A model generated the notes under the pieces. That model ran no database searches. It was not told the DNA's origin and saw only the letters and a program-made list of their open reading frames with translations. From Conidiobolus incongruus B7586 (taxonomy: Eukaryota): a stretch of 33,058 bases of DNA. The position numbers were made by a program, and so were the translations under genes. The stretch covers positions 1 to 33,058 of the forward strand of contig JNEM01010466.1 of the NCBI GenBank assembly GCA_000697335.1, in the 5' to 3' direction. Below are positions 1 through 10,345 of this stretch, in pieces (within the stretch, counting starts at the first letter, position 1; the number at the start of each line of letters is the position of its first letter).

Positions 1-401
1 TAAATTAAATTAGTTTATAAAATATCAAATTTTAATTTAAATGGAAAAAATAATATTTTAAATATTAGAAGCTTAACAAATATATAGAAAAAAATTATTA
101 ATAATTATTAAAATTTTTAATTTTATTTTGCATATTAAATTTAATAACTAAGATATTTATATCTTTATTTAATTTTAACTTGAAATATTATTATAAATTA
201 AATACTACACTAATAATAACAAAATTTATTCAATAAAGCAATAAAAGATAATATAATTAAAATTAATAGGGAATAGTTAATAAATCAAATATATATAGAT
301 TATAATCTATATAATTATAATTATTTTTCAAAATAATAAAATATATCTATTATGAAATTTATATAAATAAGTTAAATTAATTATTAAAATTTTAAATCTA
401 T

Positions 402-775
402 TATAAGTGAATAACAATAATTAGGGGTAAAAGTAGCAGGTTTCTCAATACTTTAGGAAATATATAGTAACTAGATCCTTTAGTATTAAGGTGCTAATTA
501 ATAACAATAAGAAATATATTAATAATTAAGCAAAAAGTTTATTTGTGTAAGAAGTAATATAAGCTAAAGTTTTAGCTAAAGAGAAAGATTTAAGTATTTT
601 TTATAGTTAAGTAGAATATATACATATAAGTATATAAGGTTAAGTAATAACAAAGTTACTTAGATATAAAGATTTGTAAAATATTGATAAAACTTAATTT
701 AGATATTTAAGTCTTTAGTAGTAAATTAGAGTGAGGAAAAATATTAAGTAAGTAGTAATTATTATAATACTTATA
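402..775 (-). repeat. 3' LTR of the gypsy element
   Basis: Ungapped alignment to 5638-6011; by-eye count about 46 mismatches in 374 bp (about 88% identity). Confidence 0.93.
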
Positions 776-842
776 TCATTTCTAAACTATATTAAATTAT
801 TGATATAGTTTTACTCCCTTTAATTTTCTTAATATAAGATAA

Positions 843-1400
843 GTAAGCATAAGTGTTTTTAATCACTTTAAGTGGTTCTTAAGTTAACTTAAAATTAAGA
901 TAGCTTAACTACTTTATAAAATAATAAGGTTTTCTATATTTTGTTTTATATGTAAGAATTTCATTAATATAATATTCTCTATCCTCTTAATTATTAATAA
1001 TAGGTAATAAATATGCTTTGAAATTTTAATTAGAAAACTTATCTTTAGGATAATAGTATAGTTTTAACAATGAGATATAAAAGACTAAATGATATTTATA
1101 AGTTTTTAATAGCTCTAATTTAAAATTTCTAGGTTTAGAGTTTGTTTTAAAAATATAAAATAGTTTAATCTAGCATAGTAAAAGCTTTTGATTTGTGTTG
1201 TTTCTAGATATTTGTTTGGTAAAAGATATATCTATTGTATTTAAAAGGATTAAAGACTTAGATTTATATTTAAGTAAAATTTTATAGAATTTTAAATAAT
1301 AATTTTTATTGTATATTTGTTTTAACTTAGTTGATTCTAAAACTATTTGGTGAATTAATTCAAATCTTTCTAATTTATCCATAATAAACTTATTGATCAT
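843..1400 (-). pseudogene. Integrase C-terminal (GPF/HPVFHVSLLKPY) region plus chromodomain relic of pol
   Basis: Minus strand reads ...QKLLLC*IKLFYI...NFKLELLKTYKYHLVFYISLLKLY (cf. KLxPxWIGPFxI...FKLELP...HPVFHVSLLKPY). Then EYYINEILTYKTKYRKPYYFIK*LSYLNFKLT*EPLKVI at about 860-977 (cf. chromodomain EYxIxxIL...YxVKWxGY...TWEP), with both Trp codons changed to stops. Confidence 0.85.
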
Positions 1401-2944
1401 AATATCTGAGTTAAAACTAATTAATAAATTAGGATATTGTTTATAATTTATAAAATAAAGAGTTAAACTATTAAACTAATTAATTAAGTTATTATAAGCA
1501 AATTATAAATAAAGTGAAGAGATTTTTAATTATTTTAATTAAAGTTAACATAATTTCTAACTATCTTTTTTAAAGTTTTAATAACTTTTTTAATTAGTTT
1601 ATTTGATTAATGATAGCAAATAGTATTGAGCTTCATATTAATATTTATATGTTATAGAAAAGCTTTCTAGAATTTTAAAGTAAATTTAAGATTTTTATCA
1701 GTGATGATAATAATAGGTAATTTATATAATAAGATTACCTCTTTAATTAATAAGTTAGCTATTTTAAATACTGTAACTATTTTATAAATAGGAATAAAAT
1801 AAGTAAATTTGCTGTATGAATAAATAACTATTAAAATATTATCATAGCTTTTTTTTAACTTAGGTATTTCTATAAAGTTAAGTTATATTTAAGCTTCAGG
1901 TTTAAATAATAAAGGTAAGGAATTTAATTCACCAACTGTTTTCTTTATATTGTATTTATTTTTTTAACAATTATTATAAGATATATAATAGCTTTTTACT
2001 AACTTAATTAATATTGGTATATATTATTTTACTTGAATTTTAATGATAAGTTTAATCTAACTTTAATGTCCACTTAATTTATAGTTGTAATATTGTTTTA
2101 AAATCTTTAATTAAAAGTTAAAGACTTTTAAAATATATAATTTATTTTGTTTATATAACAAACCATTTAATATTTAGAATCTTTTATATTCAAAAAGTAT
2201 TTTCTTATTATTCTCTTCTAATTTAGCTTTAATCATCAAATAAATATTATCACTTTATAGTTTTCTTTTAAAGTCTAATAAAAGTTTTTATTATTTAAGG
2301 TAATAATTGTTAAGCTAGTTTTAATTAGTTTTTTATATTCATTATACATTAGTATATAGATTAGATTTCTACTGAATATATTTACAACTTTATTCTACTT
2401 ATTAAAAAAGTATTTAATTAAGAATAGATACTTTTAGATAGTTTTTATCTATTTAATTTGTTTTTTAAATAGGTGTTTTTATAAATTTAAGTAAATCAAT
2501 AATTTATAATTGTTTAGGTATAAAAACTCTTAATAGGATAATTAAAAACTAAACTTTTTTATGATTTCTACTAATATAAACATTTTTTACTTATATATAA
2601 GATAATTTTGTTTAGTAAACATTAATTTTTTAGATTAAAACACTAAAAGCTTTAGATTTAAATACTTAAAAATTTTTTGGGGTTTAATTATCTTTTCTAA
2701 AGTTTTAAAATGGTTATATTTTTTAAAATCTTTAATAATTTTGCTTTATGCTATATAATTACTTATAGCATAAGTAAACACATTTATAAACATAATTATT
2801 AGTAATTTAAGGTTGAATATAACAAATATTAAAGCTATAACAATTTTGTGAATTAGTGTATAAAAAAAGTTTCATTAGGGGTTTAAGTAAATAATTTATC
2901 TTTTTTTAATAAATTAGATATAGAATTAGTAAGCTTAATAAATA

Positions 2945-3340
2945 TAGGAATATAGTTTTTAAAATATATGACTAATCTTAAAAAAGCTATTATTTAATGT
3001 TTACTGGTAAAGATTACAATGTTATATAATCTTTAAAGTTTTGCTAGGTTAATAAAAATTCCTTTAGAAGATATAATATAATTGTAAAATAAAATAAATA
3101 AAATAACAAAAATATATTTAAAGAAATTTACTAATAACTAATTTTAGTTGAGTATCTATAAAATAGTTTTTATATACAAAATATAATTATTTAAAGTTTT
3201 TAAATAAACTAAAATATTGTATAAGTAGCACAAAATAAAATTATTATAATACTTGCTAAATAAACTATTTATAAGTTTTATAAATTTAGCAAGTATGTTA
3301 TAAAGTTTAAAATTTATAACTTTAAATTTATAATGCTTTA
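2945..3340 (-). pseudogene. Reverse transcriptase core relic of pol
   Basis: Minus strand reads KHYKFKVINFKLYNILAKFIKLINSLF...FILCYLYNILVY (cf. GxYEFxVMPFGLxNAPAxF...YLDDILVY; former YLDDI at 3213-3227). Then YIISSKGIFINLAKL...AFLRLVIYF (cf. HIISxxGIxVDPxK...FLGLVxYF). Confidence 0.88.
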
Positions 3341-5637
3341 ATACATAATTAAAAATAATTAAAGGGATACTTTATTAATTAACTAAAATATTATAATAAC
3401 TATTCTTAAAATTTATTTTAGTAAAATAGTTTACACCTATAAATTTATCTCTAATTTTATTTAAATCAGGTAAAGGAATTTTATTTTTAATTGTTTTACT
3501 ATTAAAAACTCTATTATCAATGTAAAATCACCAATCTTTATTATATTTTTTGATAAAAAAGATTAGTAAACTTTAAGGGTTTATAGAAAGTTATATAAAA
3601 CTTAGTTCTTATAACCTATTTATTTTTTCACAAAGAATTTTATACTGTTTAAGAGAAATATAATGAGGTAATTTGTAATAAGGTTAAGTATTAAGTAATA
3701 ATTTAATTTTATAAAATATATTTCTTTTTAGTAATAAAGTAGTTAAAACTTTAAAAACATTTTTGTATTTATTAATAACCTTATACAATAAATTTTTAAC
3801 ATCTAAAGTATTTTTTAGATTTTCTAAAAAAATAGAGATAATATTAAAGTTAATATAAATTATATTAGATTAATTTTTTAACTTCTTAATTAAATTCACA
3901 AAAGATGTTCTTGAAATTATTATATTATTAAAAAAGGTATTATTAATACTCTTTTCTATAATAAATTTAGTTATTAGCTTATAACTTAAATTATTATAGC
4001 AAAATAAAAAAATATACGCATTAGATAAACTTTTATTTATGATAATTAGATAATGTTTTTAAAACCAACTAAAACTTATAATAATATTATATTTTATAAA
4101 ACCTATTATAAATTAGATTCTTTTAAAGTAACTTATCACTAATAAAATATTACAAAATAAAAATCTTTTAATAGTTTATTAAGTATTATTTATATAATTT
4201 AATACTATATTTATTTGATTATAAGATAATTTAAATCTTTTAACAACATCTTTATTAATAAGTATACTATTATATTTAAAGTTAAATAGGAAAGAAATAA
4301 AGTGTTTTTTTAGAATACCTTTAAAGATTTATAAGGAATATAACTTATTTTCATTAAAATTTAATAAATGAGAGTTTAAATAGATATTACTCTTCTTTTC
4401 TAATAAATTTTAAAATAATTTTTGGTTATTTGAATATTATTTTAAAAGTTTATTATAAAGAATTTTTAACAAAGATTTCTCTTTATTATTTTAACTATAT
4501 TAGGTTAAATTTAAACTAGATTAATTATTAATTAGTTGATTACTTTCTCTATTGTTCACTTAAATATTGTTGTTTAAAACTATATTACTAGAGTTTTTAC
4601 TATTAAATAACTTCTTGGGATATTTATTCTAATGGTAACCTATATTAATTTATCTATAATAAAAGTATCTTTTATTTTTTCTCAAGTATAATTTTCCTTT
4701 TTTGGTTAGATACTTCTTTTTCTATATTATAGATATATCTATAATATTAAAATTAAATAATTTAGATAGGAAACTATTAAAGCTTATGCAAAAACTTTTA
4801 TTTATTCCTTTAATATAATTCTAATCATCTTCTATCTTAATAGTTATTTTAATTAAAATAGCAAAACTAGCTGTTTTTATATTAATCTTAAAGTAAACAA
4901 CTATAAAAATATTAGGCTTGAGTTTTTTCTTAAACTTGTTTTTTTTCACCTTTAAACAAATTAAGAATCTTTAATTTAAGCTAAATAAATTCTTCTATGA
5001 AATTTCTAACTAAAGATTTCTAAATAATCTTTATTAATTTATTTTAAGTTAAAGTAACTATATTTAATAAGTAAAACCTTTACTTAATTACTTATTTGAA
5101 TTAGTTAAATATTTAGATTTTATTAGGATAAAAAAAACTAGTAGTAAGATTAAGTGTGTCTTTTAAGTATTTATACTACTAAAGTTTAATATAAGAGGTT
5201 AATTTAGAAGCTGAAATTTTTACTAAATTATATAAATTTACAGTTTTAATTTCTTTAAAAAATTTAGTTAGTTTATTTAAAAATTCTTTTATTTTTTTAA
5301 GAGATTTTAAGTAATTATAAGTAATCAAGTTATTTACAAAGAATTTCACTTTGTTAAAGCTTCTTAAAGTAAATAATTAAACTTTATAACTATTTAATTT
5401 AGCTATCATTTGTTGTATATAGTTAATCTACTAGGTTTACCCTAATTTCAATCTATATTTAGTAAAGGTACTATTAGTATTAATAAAATCTTATTAACTA
5501 ATAAAATAATGGTTATTATTATTAAAACTTTAAGTATTTATTTTATTTTAATTATATATAAAACAATAGGTTATAATTATAAAATTTTTAATTATAATGG
5601 TAAAAGTACTTTTAGAACTTTTTAATTACTATTATTA

Positions 5638-6011
5638 TATAATTAAATAATAACAGTTGAGGGTAAAAGAAGCAGGTTTTTCAATACTTTAAGAAATATA
5701 TAATAACTAAATCCTTTAGTATTAAAGTGTTAACTAATAATAATAAGAAATATATTAATAGTTAAGCAAAAAATTTATTTGTGTAAGAAGTAATATAAGC
5801 TAAAGTCTCAGCTAAAAAGAAAAATCTAAGTCTTTCTTATAACTAAGTAGAATATATACACATAAGTATATAAGGTTAAGTAATAGTAAAGTTATTTAGA
5901 TGTAAAGATTTATAAAATATTGATAAAACCTAATTTAGATAATTAGGTTTTTAGTATTAAATTAGAGTAAGGAAAGATATCAATTAAATAGCAATTGTTA
6001 TAATACTTACA
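5638..6011 (-). repeat. 5' LTR of the gypsy element
   Basis: Direct repeat of 402-775; ends in ACTTACA on the + strand. Confidence 0.93.
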
Positions 6012-7144
6012 TTTATATTATTAATAAAGAAATTTTTTTTAATATTAAAATTTAACAAATTTATAAAAAAAATATTATTAAAGGTTATTATCTATATAAT
6101 ATTTTTATTTATAAGATATATATTAATAATAAAATAAATAATTATTTAATCTTAAATATTATTAAAATAAATAAAAAATAATAATTTAATTATTAAATAC
6201 AATTAAATAATAATTTAATCAAATTATAATAATATTTTAACATAAGTATTAATTAATATAAACAGATAAAAAATTATAACTTTTATCAAATATTAGCAGC
6301 CTGAATTAATATGATTAATATTATGTTAATTTTGAATTTATAAAAATTAGGATGATTCTTTTTAATGAAAAGTTTCTTAAAGATTAAAAAAATATATTAA
6401 AAATATTATCAAGATATTTTTCTTTACTTAAATCATATTTATATTTTGAGATAAGTTTTATATTATTTTAGTGTATAGTATATTGAAAATATAGATTAAT
6501 TATATATTTGTTAGTAGTAGTTTGACTGATTTTAAGATTTTAGCCAAATTTTATTTAAAATAATATATCACTAAAGTATATTTTAATAATAGGAAGTAAA
6601 GTTATTTTGAGCTAAATTAAAAAGTTTTCTATTAAATCTTAATCAGGTTTTAATTAGCTGAGTAATATAGTGACATATAAAAAAATGATTTTTATTTCAA
6701 AGTTATTATATTATCCTTAACTTTATTGTTACTTTGAATTTTTTAGAAACAATTTAATCTTCGAATATTTTTACCATAAAAGGCAAGTTCGAAAAGACCA
6801 AAGAATTTAACATACATAAGGATGTTTTTAAATCACATCTCGTAATATAAGATATATCTATTGGCCAAAATTAATAACATTAAACCAATATTTAAATATC
6901 GAAACTGATAGGTACAAATAAACCTTCATACTTTAGTATAGCAGGTAATATTAGTTTGTTCTTATAATTTCTCATAAATATTTAATCTTGTTACCAAATT
7001 AAGCAACTAGAGGCAAATCTTTGAATTAATTTTCAAAATTATTAGAACCATAATTCTTCGAATTCAATTCAAAAATGTTATATAAGATAATTTTGATTCA
7101 TTCTCGTTATAACAAAAATAACATTTCAATTGAATAAAAACAAA

Positions 7145-7851
7145 ATGACATCACATCCATATTTCCCAGTCACCTTACAATTACCTCACTACCAGCCTAT
7201 GGCTCACACTCCGATTCAAATTCTCACTGGGATGTTTGGAACTTTTGGTATAATTTTAATTACAGCTTACTTTTTAATTATCAAGAGGGAAAAGAATTTC
7301 AAAGGTCAATTGCAATTTTTATGGTTTGTCTTATGTGGTGCTATTCACTTGGGTATTGAAGGCTATTATGTTGTGAATCATTTTAACTTGGCTGGTGATA
7401 CTAGCTTTATGGGTGATTTGTGGAAGGAATACTCTAAGAGTGACTCTAGATACTTATCTAATGACTCATTTGTTTTAATTATGGAAAGTATTACTGCTGT
7501 AAGTCTTTATATTTATCTATACTTCTATATTTACTTTATTTATATATTTTTTAGGCTTTTTGGGGACCTGGTTCACTTTTGATCGCTTATCTCATATATA
7601 TTCAAAGTCCCAAACGTCACTTACCCATCGTTCTTGTCTCCTTAGGTCAAATTTATGGCGATGTTTTGTACTATTTAACTACTCTCTACGAAGGTGCTCC
7701 TCACGGAGACCCCCATCCTTACTACTTCTACTTTTACTTCGTTTTTATGAACGCTTTTTGGATTGTTATCCCTTCTGGTACTTTGTACAACAGTTCCAAA
7801 GTTATTTTAAATAATTTAGCTCAATCTGATGCCAAAATAAAAAAGAATTAA
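7145..7851 (+). CDS. EBP: Emopamil-binding protein family sterol D8-D7 isomerase, 2 exons (7145-7498, 7555-7851), 216 aa
   Basis: ATG at 7145. N-terminal HPYFP, then WFVLCGAIHLGIEGYY, LWKEYSKSDSRY, MESITA|AFWGP across the splice, GQIYGDVLYY and YFVFMNAFWIVIP, all EBP-family motifs. Removing a phase-0 intron joins ORFs 7130.. and 7579.. in frame. Confidence 0.93.
7499..7554 (+). other. Spliceosomal intron (56 nt) of EBP
   Basis: GTAAGT donor at 7499, T-rich body, TTTTAG acceptor ending 7554; splicing restores the conserved ExITAxxWGP motif. Confidence 0.92.
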
Positions 7852-8027
7852 TTTTTTCACTTGTATAACCTTATAAATTCAAAAAATATTAAAATTTTAA
7901 TTTGATGTTATATTTTAAAGTTGAATATAAGATATTTAATGCTTAAATAACAACATTAAACTTGAGTATAATAAACAAATTCAAAAGCTATATACTCATA
8001 TATTTTCCTAATCTTCGTGACCATTAT

Positions 8028-8099
8028 AGGTATATAACTCAGTAATAGAGCAATCTACCGCAGATCGAAAGATTGTTGGTCCAAATTCGATTACCCCCT
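8028..8099 (+). pseudogene. tRNA-Cys(GCA) pseudogene
   Basis: 72 nt collinear with the eukaryotic tRNA-Cys pattern: AGGTATA TA ACTC AGTAATA GAGC A ATCTA CCGCAGA TCGAA AGATT GTTGG TCCAAAT TCGAT TACCCCC T. D-loop GG>AA, T-loop TTC>TCC, and acceptor and anticodon stems broken. Confidence 0.8.
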
Positions 8100-10200
8100 T
8101 TGAGATAAATTCTGTTAACTATTATTTATCAGTTAATTTATAATAATTTTATAATGATTTTGTAATATTTTAGAAAATTCGTGAAACTGAGCCAAAGCTT
8201 TATATGAAAATTACTTGAATTAATATTGTTTAATTAATTAATTTTCAATGATTGAAAGCTAATCCTTTTTATATACCTATAATTAGATATAATTAAATTT
8301 TGAGCTTTATGTTACCTTAAATGAGTAAATACTTTTTGATAAAAATACCTTAATTGTGCAATCAATTCTAATTTAGTGAGTGATATCAGAGTTGACAAAG
8401 GTAGTTATATATACCAACATATGAAAATTGACAAATATTTATATTTGATTCTGGTTGTCTGAACAAATGATTCAAGAATTAATAAAAGAGAAAATCATTT
8501 GGTAAGTAGAGCAGAATGCACAAACAGTTTTGATTGAAAAAGCTAATATAAAATCAAAGAATAGGTAATTGGAGCAAAAGATTTTAGTATATATAGTAGT
8601 TTATAAATGCATTATTTTTAATCTTATTCCAATTATCAAATTTATTTTCATAGTTTAGTTATTTTGAAAAATTATTAACAATGTAAAAAAATTGAAATTA
8701 TTTTTGGTTATTATTTATTATCAACTATAGATGAAGATATTTTACACCAATTTAATTTTCTATTATAAATATAAAATAATTTGGATTTGTGGCTTTAATT
8801 GATTCAATAACTTATCATTATATTGAAAATATAAGTGCTTTAATTCAACTAAAAATATTGCCTCTGATTATTTTTATTAATTGAATGAGCTAAATTTTAA
8901 AAGAAATAATGGATAATATAAGATATTGATATATAAATCATGTAGACTGAAAAAAAATCTTTTTTTTATAATTATTAAAATTTCTGTTTAAATAAAACAG
9001 ATTTCAAAATACAAGATTGAATAAATTATGTATAATTTGTACTTGTACAAAATCATTACATATAAAATGACACATATACAGTTATGTTGTTAAATGGATC
9101 AGTAATACCTAGACTTCAAAAAGTTATATATTACATCATGACATATTTGACCGTAAACATACTATTCAGTGTGAATTGGTAATAATATCCTATTTTGTTC
9201 ACTACTAAATTTGACATTTTTGTGGTAAATGATTGTAGATTCTAAGTTTTATATCGAATTCAATTTTGTTAATGAAGTCAAAAGCTATAAATGGTTTTGA
9301 AGCTTGGTTTAATTAGTATATAGTTTATCGTGATATGTACATTGGCAATATAGTAATGATATATTGAAATAGAGAATTTAGTAATATGATATATCATCAG
9401 TTACATTATCATTGAAATATGAAAAGTATCCTTATCAAATCTATAATCCAATATATAATCAAAGGTTTTGAAAAGTAGTCGATATAATTAATTTATTGGT
9501 TTTTATCTGAAATATTCTGATATAGAAATTAATCCAAAATAAAGATATCATTATACAAAATATATAAATTGATAAAGTATTTTGATGAAATATATTTTAA
9601 TGAATTTATGCATTCTTAAATTTACAATGAAATTGGTCAAATTATATTTTGAATATAATAGTCATGCTATTTCCAAGTTAGCTATAATTAAGTAATAATA
9701 TTTATAAATTTTCAATCTGGGTCTAACTATTATCTAGAATAAAAAATAGATATAAACTTCGAATAAAATGAGGTTCAAAAATATTAATGGTATTTACGTT
9801 GTTCCAAAATGATCATAAGTTAAGAAAAATGTTAAATAGAACAGTTTTTGGTAGAGATGAGTTATATAATTCAATATCTTGATATTAAACATTAATATTG
9901 TATGCAATAATAATAGTAATATCTCGTCAATCACTTATCAATTTTAATTAATCAATTTCTTTTAGAAATTTATTATATATACCAGATATTGATATTTATC
10001 AACATTTGTCCGATAAATTGTTTATTGAAATATTTTTAAATTGGTTATCTGGTTTTTCATATGTCAAAAATAGATCATTTGATGGTGACTCATTTTTTGA
10101 GATTCAATTAAACTCTATTTGTTAATGAAATTTAGCTATTGTAGCTTCAATATCTAAAATATTACCATAAATTCTCAGTTAATGCATTAAATTACACAAT

Positions 10201-10222
10201 TTTCACACCAAGTCAAGTGACT
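10201..10222 (+). promoter_or_regulatory. Candidate conserved upstream element of GH31 copy A (AGTCA-N2-TGACT dyad)
   Basis: TTTCACACCAAGTCAAGTGACT ends 124 bp before the ATG; 19/22 identical to the element 134 bp upstream of copy C in otherwise unalignable promoters. Confidence 0.5.
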
Positions 10223-10345
10223 TCAAGGTTATTGTAACATGTCAATTTCTATTTAATGTTGAAAAGAAGTGTAATAATAAAATATGTAAATTATAAATAA
10301 GTATTATATCGTCCTAAGATATCCATCGATCAATGCTAATTAACC

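Larger units (their letters stand above)
402..6011 (-). mobile_element. Full-length degenerate Ty3/gypsy LTR retrotransposon (chromovirus), heavily transition-mutated
   Basis: Two collinear 374-bp direct repeats (402-775, 5638-6011; constant offset 5236). Outer termini TATAAGT (from TGTAAGT) and ACTTACA are inverted repeats. Flanks TCTAT (397-401) / TTTAT (6012-6016) form a 5-bp TSD with one transition. Minus-strand translation gives RT, integrase GPF and chromodomain relics in gypsy order. TAATAATAG next to the 5' LTR (5629-5637, minus) could be a mutated TGGTAGCAG PBS. Confidence 0.93.

Noticed and set aside
1..401. Extremely AT-rich CpG-free flank (also 6012-6700) as an older element hosting the gypsy
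   Set aside because: Plausible, but I could not recover any protein motif or terminus to support it.
1170..1400. 76-aa ORF as an independent gene
   Set aside because: It is a stop-free remnant of the retrotransposon integrase C-terminal region.
7130..7144. TTG start for EBP and read-through to 7582; ORF 7560-7814
   Set aside because: Eukaryotic gene: ATG at 7145 and the 7499-7554 intron explain the structure; the other ORF is off-frame.
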